Shown one piece after another: positions 12,901-23,792 of a DNA stretch of 64,000 nucleotides (positions are counted from its first letter, which is position 1; every line of letters begins with the position of its first letter). The position numbers and the translations under genes were made by a program. The notes beneath the pieces are model-generated. The model was given only the letters and a program-made list of their open reading frames with translations. It had not been told where the DNA came from and made no database searches. The stretch lies in the NCBI GenBank assembly GCA_021613535.1, contig CP075497.1, positions 9,948,585-10,012,584 of the forward strand. Reading direction: 5' to 3'. This DNA is from Adineta vaga. Its lineage: Eukaryota; Animalia; Rotifera.

Positions 12901-15219
12901 ATAATAATGAATCAAGTGACCATGATTTCAAGGTATATCAAATTTCGAATAATATTCATTAACAAATAAGTTAGTCTCTTTTTTTCCCTCATAGTTATTA
13001 CTTGAAAAAAATCTCAAGGTGAAATAGAATAAGTTATGCTTTTATTAAATTTTCAGATCATGTTATCTTTTCGTAAATGATTGTAAGAAGGTTTCTATTA
13101 ATTATCTTTCATAGTAATCCATCTGATCGTTATGCTTTTTACACGTGCTACATTCATGCCAATCATTTGATTATCAATCTGGATCTCTACCAAAAAATTT
13201 GATAGATGTCAAGGAAAAAAGTTTGTATAAATCTTGTCTATACCAAAAACTCTTTTATTTGTCTGTTGATTTGTTTATATGTTACGATTGAATGAAATAT
13301 TAATAGTCTGAGACATATTAATGTTTGTAATGAAGGAAATCTGATTGAAAATTTTTTCAATAAGTCTTTCTAATGTGATATCATTAATAGGAAAAAGTCT
13401 CGATAGAAACCAGAAAAAAACAATTTTAATGTAATTGAGTTTATCTGTATTCGATCTATAAAGAAACTGGTTTTATTCAAGGAGAAAATCGAAATGCGCG
13501 GATGTAAAAACCTTATTTAGTAGTTCAAGGAGAAAACTGAACATAGAAGAAAAAGCTAACTATATGTATTTTGAATGATAACGAAGTGTAATAAATCAAA
13601 GAACAAATTTGAAACTGAAGGAAAGATTGAATCAAGTCTAATTTTTTTTATACATTAAAATATTTACAAAAAAACAACCAATACCATGCACACATACTGC
13701 TTAATGAGGCAAATCCTAAGTGTTTCGAAAGATCTTTCACACAATGTTTTCATATGTACGGATCGATATATCAAATTTTCAGTAAAAACATCGTTTATTT
13801 ACTATCGAAATTCATGAATTATTGTTTGTTTTTTCTTTCTATTTACAAGTCAAACATGATTTAATTGGAGGTCAAGCTTAGATTGTGTATTGATTTTAAA
13901 GACAATTCAAATTGCAAAACTTTAAAAGTTGGAACAATCTTACTAACCATACATGTATGATTTTCTAATCCATCAGTAAGCAAGAATTTTCGTGACTTCC
14001 AAGTAGATGAGAAAAGTATGTTTACAGATTGTTTATTTATTCAAAGTCATTGATCATAGAGAGTTATCAAATCAATAAAGATAAAGATGATCATGCATTT
14101 AAGAACGATTTAAGCTTTTCAAATTGTGTATACCTATATTTTTATTCCGACTGAAAATAAATACAGTTGACTGATAATTCGTGATAAAACAACGAACATT
14201 TCATAGTATAAATTGTGATTTTTTTACATATGCAAAAGAATATTATTCTTGAATATCCGAGTTTATTCATAATTTTTACATTTTGGTTATCATGAAGTTT
14301 CATAGAAGAAAAACGAAAATAAGCAGAGAATAGTGTTATGCTCTCGCATATCAAATAGAAATACTACAACTTAAAAGCAATCTTAATGAATTCTTATTAG
14401 TTTTAATTACATACGAATAATGTAACCTTGGGAGATCTAATTTTAAGATAGACCAAAACTCACTTTTGCCTCCCTCCTCACAATTCATTAAAGGAAAGAA
14501 TTGAGTAATAAAATATTTATATTATCATCTATCATACATGCAAATCTTAATTGGAAAATATCAAATTACACAAGTTGTTTTCATCTATTTTTTCAACACT
14601 TCATTTTCCCGTGCAAATTTTGCGCTTATTTCTTACAAGATAAAATGTTAAAAATATCAGGTGAATTTGTTATGTAGTTGATCCAATCATAAATATAGTC
14701 AACAATTTTAGAAATCAATACCACATATGTCCAAAAGATATTTTGCTTTTGCTTGGTTCTAAGATGATGATGATTATTATGCTATCATTGGGAAAAAAAT
14801 AGAAGTAATAACATAAAGAGAAACACCTGTTTAAGTATTGATGCTTATTCTCAATAAGAATATAGAGAAAAACAATCAATTTATTCAACAAGTAGGTCAG
14901 TTAACAGCTTGTAATTTGACAAACAATCTCAGACTAGAATAATAGCAGACTAAAGAATGCTAGTGATGAGTCAGCGAGTACTTTACCTGATATACGAAAT
15001 CATACAAACATGATTTCGCAATGCAAAACAACATGACACGTCATTATATCAACAATAATATGTAAGTTATGTTGGAAATCTGTCGATATGATGCAGACAT
15101 ATAAATAAAGAGACGAGTTTTTCGACGATATAAATGAAAATAAGATAAGGAAAAAACCTTAGATTTCTTTTAAAATTATAACGAGCATCATTACATCAAC
15201 TTTACATTATGTATGAAAT

Positions 15220-15339
15220 GCTTACGGCCATACCACGTTGAATACACCAGTTCTCGTCCGATCACTGAAGTTAAGCAACGTCGGGCTCGGTTAGTACTTG
15301 GATGGGTGACCGCCTGGGAATACCGAGTGTCGTAAGCTT
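15220..15339 (+). rRNA. 5S ribosomal RNA gene, single copy.
   Basis: GCTTACGGCCATACCACGTTGAATACACCAGTTCTCGTCCGATCACTGAAGTTAAGCAACGTCGGGCTCGGTTAGTACTTGGATGGGTGACCGCCTGGGAATACCGAGTGTCGTAAGC is a canonical metazoan 5S sequence. Box A-like (AAGTTAAGCAAC), box C (TGGATGGGTGACCGCC) and the terminal helix pairing GCTTACG/CGTAAGC are all present. Confidence 0.92.
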
Positions 15340-15346
15340 TTTTTGC
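15338..15346 (+). terminator. RNA polymerase III terminator (T-run) immediately 3' of the 5S gene.
   Basis: ...cgtaagcTTTTTTTgc. Confidence 0.7.
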
Positions 15347-17101
15347 TTCGTATTTATTTTTCTTTTCGTTTCTTTGAGGGTAACAACAAGCGAGAATCTT
15401 ATAATGACATAAAACAAATTCTTAGAATTCTTTTCTAAGTATATTTTTGTTTATGACGATGTAAAGTCAGGTAGAGACAAGTATCATCGGATATTTATTC
15501 AAGTCTTTACTAAGAGCAATAGAGAATATCATTTCTAGAATATTAAAACAAACATATTTGAAGATATCAAGAATGTAGACTTTAACAAGAACATGATATA
15601 AACACGTTCAAGTTTAATGAATAACAACAGATTTTTCTCTCTGGTTTATATCTTCTATGACATGTAGTTAAAGAAAATCTGTGTTGTGCACTATGGTGAA
15701 AAGGATTGTATATGATTCAGATATGTTCGAAAAGATGTTGATCGATCCTGTTGTTCTCTTACAGTCTTGCCAGACATTGATTAGCATATATTTGAATTTT
15801 AATAAGTTTTTAATTCATATTGAAAACTTTCTTATTTTCTATTATTCATGTCATCAAAATTTTTTTGTGTTTTTCTTTACATATCCGATGTTCCTTATTA
15901 TATTTGCATGAGAGGTCGTTGGATTTATTAGTTATTATTGACAAAATAGTATTTAATCAATAAGACAATCAAAGCGTACAGATTGGAAATGATAAGAGAA
16001 GAAATCTTTACGAATAGATAGTATTTTCTTTCATTGTTAATGAAAACAAATCATTGAATTCAATTTTGATGATTAAATAACAAAAAACCTGGCATTTGAA
16101 GAGCTTTATCTACATATGAATTTGAAAATTATACGCGTGAATTCAACATTCCATTCATAGCATTTGACACCCGCGCACTTTTTTTAATTTCTTTCGTTCT
16201 TCTTTATCGTATATCTTGCTTTTGAAAAATGGCAACCATTTCAGCAATGGGTTATTTTATATCATAGTTTTTCTTCTTTTCTCTTCTCTTTAATGCTCGA
16301 TTTTATACGTATGAAAGAATGTTGTTCGAGTTTTTCGAGAAACGAAAGAAACGAAGAGAGAGTGAGAGAAGAAGAACAGACAAGCACGGTTGATGTCTCT
16401 TAATAACAACCATGTGTAGGCATTATTACATCCATAAAAACAGCTGATCTATAGACTATCTTATCAGTACGGTAGTAGTATAGTACTATAAAAATGCAGA
16501 AATAGTCTTCTTCACCATCATTCGGTTTTATCGTATTGTATTCAGCAAACAACAGTATTGGTTTAGAGACCTCGACTATCAAATGTCAAAGAAAAGAGTA
16601 CTCAAAAACGATAGGTGACAGATTGTGCACACAGTTATAACACGAGATTGAAAGAATCAATAAAGGCAGGCTGCAAAAGACACACTACGAGTAAGGAGAG
16701 GAAGCGAGAAAGAGAGAGAAAGAGAGAGAAAAGCGATTAAGCTTTCGACAAACTATAATATCATTATTTTAGATTCAAATAGACATAAAATATTTTTATA
16801 CACTTTCAAGGTTGGATATAATAAGAAATGATCGCTTGACTTATTACTAAAAGTAGCTATTGTGTATTTAGTTTTTCTCACAATAACAAATAGCAATAAC
16901 AACAACAACAACAGGTAATCATTTTTTCTTCTCACGTCTGAATAACAACGGTTTATTTTTTCCTTTCTTTCACTTGTTTTTCTACCTCTTATGCGTCATT
17001 TGATTGGAAAAACATTGTAACATATGACTCAAATTGCTTTAGTCATTACCCATTTTTGTTTGATTGCTTTTAAGTATTGCATCTACTTTTTTTCTTCCTA
17101 G

Positions 17102-18104
17102 TTTTACATTCATCAAAATACCACGTTCACTTAATTATTCACGTGACGAAATCGAAGCGCTTTTCAAGCGCGAAGGTCTCGATCAACGATTTCGTTTGAG
17201 TTCTACACATGATCGAAAAACTGGTTCAACATGTCAAGTCTATTATGCACATGATCTATCACAATCTGATCAACGACTCGTGGCATTAAAGATAATCCGT
17301 ACTGATTTTATTGATAGCTTCGTTTCATATGATGATTTATGCAATTTACAACGAACAAAAGATTGGTTTTATAAACCAAAAGATGTTATTTACAATCGTC
17401 GTTTTCCAAATTTCGATAAATACATTCCAATTGAACAGTACATTGGTGAATTGGGACGTCTTTGTCCTAATTTACCAATATCACGATGTATTGAAAATGG
17501 TTCAAGACATTTAAAAACATATGATGGATATTTAATTGCTTTTGAATATGTTCATGGTCGAACAGTATGGGAAAATCTAGTTCGTACTGATTTTACTTAT
17601 CTAAATGAAGAACAAGCATGTTGTTTTGTACGATTATTTATTGAACAACTTCTAATTCTCTTAAAACATCATATTATTCATCGTGATTTAAATACTTGTC
17701 AAAATTATTATTATAGATTTTATGATGAAATTCGAGCACCACCCTCCAGATACGAACATTGGTCATCTGGTGAAGATGGTGAAGATGGCTATTCCAGTAT
17801 GAGTGGAGATAGTCGACAATCATCGTTAGATGATTTAGTATCGTTATCATCTTCATCATCATTAACATTTATTGATTTTGGTTGGTCAATATGTACAGCT
17901 GATTCAGATGATGATCGACATGAAGTTTTACTTCAAACACTTCAAAGCCTCTTTGAACGTACACCACGTATTATTCAATTATTTGGTGGTATAAATTATT
18001 GGAATTTTCGACGAACAATAGAAAATCGACAGATTGGTCTCAAACAATTATTAAATCATCCATGGTTAAAAACAAATGAAAATGAATTTCAATCAACCTG
18101 GTAA
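17102..18104 (+). CDS. Divergent protein-kinase-like domain (probable pseudokinase). Terminal exon. The 5' coding exon(s) have not been located.
   Basis: Acceptor ctactttttttcttcctag at 17087-17101. Kinase landmarks are VALKII (beta3 Lys), a degenerate Gly-loop, HRDLN (catalytic loop, Lys replaced by Asn), IDFGWS (DFG) and a C-lobe ending HPWL. A ~45-aa acidic/Ser-rich insert lies between the catalytic loop and DFG. There is no ATG before the kinase core, so upstream exons are required. Confidence 0.55.
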
Positions 18105-18568
18105 TCCGTTATTTATTTAATCATGCTCGCACATAGAAACTGTGATAGAGTGAGTTGATTTTCTTCTTTTGCCTGGTGATCTCATTATTCATACACACAT
18201 ATATATATATATTTTTTTTCCCGTCTTCTTTCTATTGCTTTTGCATTCTCACCTTATGCACCTACGAAAAGAAAGATCCGTTGTGATGTTTTTTTTTGTT
18301 TTGCCAATGATTTATTTTTGTTCCATATTTTTTCTTGGTGTGTCTAGTCTTTAACTTGTCAGTTATCTGTAATTTGAAAGAAGAATATCAATTGTAACAA
18401 AACAAAACGACGTCACATCTATCCATTTGATAAACATGAATTATTCATTTATTTTTCTCCTATGTAAATGTTTAAAATAAATACACCTGACAGATGCATA
18501 TTATATATTTTAGTAAATAATCTTTTACATGATTCATTTAAAGGAAGAAGGAAAAAAAGTTTTCTTTT

Positions 18569-19387
18569 TTATCTACAAGAATCTAAAGAAATTGGATCGT
18601 AGATTAATAAACGATTCGGATCATTACATTGTATCACAATTCGAGAAAATGAAGGTATAATAACGATGGATTTTGGTTGATGAATATGACAAATTGTTAG
18701 AAGAAGTTTGTCAAGTGATTGCCAGAGAAGACGATCATCGAATGCATCAGCAATAAGCCATAGTTTTGTATTAAATCGAGTTATAGATGTACCCCCAATA
18801 GCAAAACGTCGAATAGAAAATAAAGTTCGATCAAGATATTCTAATTTCCCCGTATGTGTTGAAACAAAATATTGATCATCAAATTCGATATCTTCACAAA
18901 CATGATCAAGACGTTTTTGACGAAGATATTTTAATGTCTTCATATCGTATAATTTCAATGTTCGAGAATCAACACAAGCAATTGTAGTTGAATTGCATGC
19001 AATTCGACATTTATTTTTATCTTTATCAATAATTAAATTATTCGTAAATTGTTCATGTTCTAAATTGTAAGCAAATAATTGTCCATTGGAAATAATTAAA
19101 AATTCATTTCGTTGTATACACCAAACAAAATCATCAATTGAAGAAGTTAAATCAAGCAATTCAATAGAACGAATTAATTGAAAATTAGTATTTTCAATTC
19201 GACATAATTCTAAAATATTTTTCATATTATGGTTATAAATCATTGCAAGTTCATTTCGGGGATAAGGAAGATATGCCATACCACAATACATATAAGAAGG
19301 TTCAAGTGGAATAGAAAATGTTTCGGTTGTAGGATAATTCGATTGATCAAGTTGTTCATGACTATTGATCGACTCAGATGATGTCAT
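18569..19387 (-). CDS. Hypothetical protein, single exon, 272 aa. Possible F-box-like N-terminal segment followed by a beta-rich domain.
   Basis: Uninterrupted ORF with ATG. The N-terminus YLPYPRNELAMIYNHNMKNILELCRIENTNFQLIRSIE loosely fits the F-box pattern. No confident family assignment. Confidence 0.45.
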   Translation of the reverse strand: MTSSESINSHEQLDQSNYPTTETFSIPLEPSYMYCGMAYLPYPRNELAMIYNHNMKNILELCRIENTNFQLIRSIELLDLTSSIDDFVWCIQRNEFLIISNGQLFAYNLEHEQFTNNLIIDKDKNKCRIACNSTTIACVDSRTLKLYDMKTLKYLRQKRLDHVCEDIEFDDQYFVSTHTGKLEYLDRTLFSIRRFAIGGTSITRFNTKLWLIADAFDDRLLWQSLDKLLLTICHIHQPKSIVIIPSFSRIVIQCNDPNRLLIYDPISLDSCR

Positions 19388-19832
19388 ATCTATTTACAAT
19401 CTGAAAATAGAAAACACCTACGGAATAGATAGATATCGATTACAAGGTTTTAATTATAAATCTCATGTTTTGTGATTCATATTCTGGAAATGTGAACATT
19501 CGGTAATTATATTTTTGTCAATTCGACTGTTCTGTTAGTAGATATAGTACTTCATTACATATTTTAAATCTTAGTCTATGATATTTGTATCACGAGTATC
19601 TTCCATACTTTTGATTTCTATACAATTACATCTTAAGAGAATACTTTCCTAGAATCATATCTAAATATGAATGAAAAAGAAGAAAAGAAAATTTATCTTT
19701 GTACAAATATACATTCAGAAAAAAAACGATTTAGAATTGTCTTTATTAATGTATAAATTAACAAAATGTTACAAAGTAGAATAAAATGCACAAAACCGAG
19801 ATTAGAAAAAAACATCACGTCATTATTCTTTT

Positions 19833-20657
19833 TTAAACTGGAATGGACCAAACAAGATAGGATAATTGATGCGTTTGTTGATTAATATTTTGTCGTGATC
19901 GTTCGGTTAATTTTGGACATTGAGTAAAACCAATAGTTTTTAAATTTGGACAATGTTTGAGCAAATAAAGAAAACCATCATCAGTAATTTCTCTACACAT
20001 TTTCAAATTAATTTCATTTAATGTATAATGAAAAGTGGATTGTCCAATTGACATCAATGATTCATCTGTAATACGTGTTTGTGTTAATGCTAATGATCGA
20101 AGATGAGTTATTTGTTGAAGAGCAATAATACCTTGATCAGATATTTGTAAACAACCTGATAAATCAAGTTCTATTAAACGTAAACAATATCTTCCGATCG
20201 CAATAACACTTTCATCTGTTATTTGTGAACAATTTTGTAAACGAATTTTTCTTAAAGATGGAAATTGTTGAACGAACTGTACCAAGCCGTAATCAGTTAT
20301 ATTCGGACTACGTAAATGAAGAACCAATGGATTCAATACGGATGTTGTTGTCGAAACATCTTGACTAGATTGAAGACGTTTCCGTTCAACCTGTGCTGTT
20401 AATGAACAACGTGCCATAATTATCAATGCTTGATCAGTTATATTTGTACAATCACGAAAATCGAATGTACGTGTCCGACAATTGAGTAAAAGTGATAGAT
20501 TATCATCATTTAATAAACCACGATGTGAAAGTAAAGTAAATAAACGTGCTTTAAGATTTGCAGGTAATACATTCAATGTTGATGCTTGTGTTGATAAAAT
20601 GATATTGAAATGATTAACAATTGCATATTCGCATATGACAACTAATTTAGATGCCAT
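19833..20657 (-). CDS. AMN1-like leucine-rich-repeat protein (FBXL-type cysteine-containing LRRs). Single exon, 274 aa.
   Basis: Repeated ...C..ITD..L..L...CP.L..L.L..C..ITD... units (e.g. CSQITDESVIAIGRYCLRLIELDLSGCLQISDQGIIAL). Length and C-terminus are comparable to the AMN1 homolog. Confidence 0.6.
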   Translation of the reverse strand: MASKLVVICEYAIVNHFNIILSTQASTLNVLPANLKARLFTLLSHRGLLNDDNLSLLLNCRTRTFDFRDCTNITDQALIIMARCSLTAQVERKRLQSSQDVSTTTSVLNPLVLHLRSPNITDYGLVQFVQQFPSLRKIRLQNCSQITDESVIAIGRYCLRLIELDLSGCLQISDQGIIALQQITHLRSLALTQTRITDESLMSIGQSTFHYTLNEINLKMCREITDDGFLYLLKHCPNLKTIGFTQCPKLTERSRQNINQQTHQLSYLVWSIPV

Positions 20658-20965
20658 GATCTAAAAGACAAAAATGATAAAAGTTAAGTCCCCAAAGATA
20701 TGTTTAATAACTTAATAAATAAAAAAGAAAGGCAAAAAATTATGTCGTTCACAATATAAAAATTTCACAATTAGATAAAAAGAGAAAAAAAAACCCCGAT
20801 CAGATTAATAAACATTAAATGTTTGGGAATGTGACTGTCATTGTCGTCAGTATTAACATTGCAGAAAAATCACATTTGTATTGCTACAGAGAGAAAATAT
20901 TGAGTAAAAATGATTTGTTCAGATAACTTTAAAAATGATCATTGGCGTCAGTAAAGTTCAAATTA

Positions 20966-22381
20966 TCAGTTTGATAATTCGATTGTATCAAGTACAGAAA
21001 AGCATTTCGAAAAATTAACATTCGAAAGTAAACAACCTTGTCGTCGAGCACCCCAAATTGCAGCACCTAATTCATCAAAAGAGACAGTACTCTTAGAGAA
21101 AAAAAAACGTTTTCATGATTATGCATACCGATTGCGGCTGATGATGTCAATTGGACAAGTTCAATTTTATTAAATGGTAATGTATTTCCCTGAGAAACGC
21201 CTTCCACAAAACCTACAGATAATAAATAATTCAAATGGAAATAGACATGGAAGTCAAAATAGACATACCCTGTTTCAAAAATTTCCAACTACGAAAAACG
21301 GAGCCAACAACAACAACGCGTAATTTACCTTGTTCATATAATTTTTTATCAATTGAAGGTGAAATAGCTCGAAGATGAGCACCCAAAATATATCCCGCAT
21401 CTTTGAATAATTCTCGACTTGCTTCATCATTAGTATTCGAAACCACTATAATAAAAGAAAACCAAGGAGTAAATGTGAAAGAAACAAAATCAATTTGTGC
21501 AAACGAACATTCAGCAATAACTTGAGTGAAACGTGCAATATAATCTTTTTGGAAATTTTTATAAAAATGATTCAACAATTGGCTCATACTTTCTACCTAT
21601 TCATTAAAATAAAATACAATGAATAAAAGAAAACAACATACACTTACTTGAAAATAAGTTTTAATTTCATTCTTCAATTTTGTTAAATCATGAGGTGATA
21701 AATGTAAATTATCTTCGTGATCAAAAACACGTTTTATTGCACGTTGTGCAATCCAATAAGCACTTCCTTCATCCCCCAACAAATGGCCCCATCTAAACAG
21801 ATGAAAATAAAAATGATGAAATATCAATTTGTGTTCTTTACCCTCCAGCTCGTTTCTTTGTACCATCTTCATTATAAACAACACAGTTTGAACCTGTTCC
21901 AGATATAATCACTACTCCACCATTGGGAACTGGCCCGATTAAATCTTCTCCAATAGATATTTTGTTTACATCAATATTAAGTAATTTCAATTCACGACGC
22001 AAATTATCTTGAGATTCTAGTTGTCCAGCTCCACTTAAGACCATTCCCTTTAATAAAATACTTTTAAAAATATTATCTTTCATTTTTTCTCTACTTACAA
22101 CACTAACAAGATAATCCCAATCGACTTCACCTTTAGCAAGAATATCATCGATTAATTGCTTCAATAACTTGGCAACATTATCGAATCCTCTTACCTTGAA
22201 TTACAAAAGAAACAACAACAACAACAACAATAATAATTTGTTCAAATCAACTATATGACATTACCCACGGATTTGACGGTCCTGTTTCTAATGTCACATA
22301 AACTTTGCCATTTTCATCAATCAATACTCCTTCAGTTTTCGATGCTCCGCCTTCAATTCCGATGAATAGTCGATTCATAAT
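20966..22381 (-). CDS. N-acetyl-D-glucosamine kinase-like (BadF/BadG/BcrA/BcrD ATPase family). 6 exons.
   Basis: Approximate exons 22265-22381, 21842-22194, 21647-21792, 21269-21596, 21129-21212 and ~20966-21080. Exon 1 translates MNRLFIGIEGGASKTEGVLIDENGKVYVTLETGPSNPW (the ASKHD ATP-binding start). Later exons give [43 protein letters not shown] and a C-terminal DELGAAIWGARRQG. All junctions are GT..AG. Stop TGA at 20966-20968. Confidence 0.7.
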
Positions 22382-22767
22382 CTAAAGAATATGTAAAACT
22401 ACAATTGTTCTTTCTTTTTCTATTTCTCTTTCTCACTCTCCCTCGGCAGCAATAGATTTAACATTATAAAAAAAAACGGGAGAGACGTTTTAATAAAATA
22501 CTCATAAAAAACACAACATGAAATGAGAAGAAAAAACAGGGAGATAAGTATATTTATATATATATATGTACACATAACAACCAAAAGAACGATTAAAAAA
22601 ATGCTACATGACTACTGAGAAAAAAGAAAGTAAAGGATATAGTTTATAGAGTTTGTAACCTCTGGAAAAGATAAGAAATATGTTTTTATTTGACAACAAA
22701 TAGATACAATAAAAATTTCGAGGGATTTGACTAATATAAATAAAACACACACATACACACACATTAT

Positions 22768-23792
22768 CTAATTGTAAGAGTTCAAATTACTCGGATATGA
22801 CTGAGTTGAGTTGATGTTCGACTGTTCAGATGGAAGATTATTAGTTGCATAATCGACTGAATGTTGATGTTGGATGTAATGACCGTTAGAACGACGATCA
22901 TGATCAGAACGATTTTCTTTAAAAAAAAAACGATTTCTTTTTCGAATCAAAGTTTTATATTTCAAAAAGTCTTTACTTTTATAATAGGATTGTGAAGGAT
23001 GTTGCTGTTCATTATGATAGTATTGTTGATCTCCTTGACGTCGCTGAGTTGGCGGTGAAGATTGAGATTGTTGATGATAATTAGCTGAATTTGTCATTAG
23101 AGCATTCATTGAACGATGTGATGGAAATCGATTCGTTTTAGGATTCCAGTAGGTATCATTATTTCCTCCGCTATAATTTCGTGTATAATTTCCATTACCA
23201 GATCGACGAGGATTATAAGTATTCCAATATTGTTGTCCAGAATGTTGATGAGTATAATGTTGCTGAGATGATGAATTTGAGTGTGAATGTCCTTTCGAAT
23301 AATGTGATGGATTTGTTTCATTCATATGTGTGTTATTTGTCGGTGGTGCTGACAAAGAATTTCCTGTTCGACGTGATCCATCATTATGATTGTGATCAAA
23401 CCAAACTGAACGAAAAATAATGTTCAAATGATTATCATTTTAAAACATCGTGACGAACCTTTCTGTAAATGTTGAATAATATCACAAAAATTCGAGAATC
23501 CTTCCATATTAATTGATGCTGTTGTTATGGATTCAGCGAAGGAACTTGTTCTTGAATTTTGTCCTGATCTATTAGACAAGAAGAAGAAGAAACAAAATTG
23601 AAATCTCAATTTAATCTGCAAAAACTCTATTACTAACCGTTCATTATTATTAGTTGAAAACTGAAATTGTTTTTCACCGATTGATGAATTCGGTGTTGAA
23701 GAATTCGTCGATGGATATCGTTGCCATTGTTCTTCTCGTGAATTTATATATTCTTCATTCGTTTGTATCTCAGGCATATGAACAGTACTCAT
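22768..23792 (-). CDS. Low-complexity Q/N/S/H/Y-rich (prion-like) protein of ~300 aa in 3 exons. Function unknown.
   Basis: Exons at about 23633-23792 (MSTVHMPEIQTNEEYINSREEQWQRY...), about 23517-23575 (...GFSNFCDIIQHLQK) and 22768-23455 (VWFDHNHNDGSRRTG... 33% N/S/Q/H/Y). GT..AG junctions. Confidence 0.45.

Noticed and set aside
15000-15700. Possible spliced-leader RNA gene linked to the 5S gene (ATG followed by gtaagt at about 15059-15068, 'aatatgtaagtt').
   Set aside because: The sequence is ATG-TAAGT rather than ATG-GTAAGT. No Sm-binding motif (AAUUUUGG) or flanking stem-loops were found. Likely coincidental.
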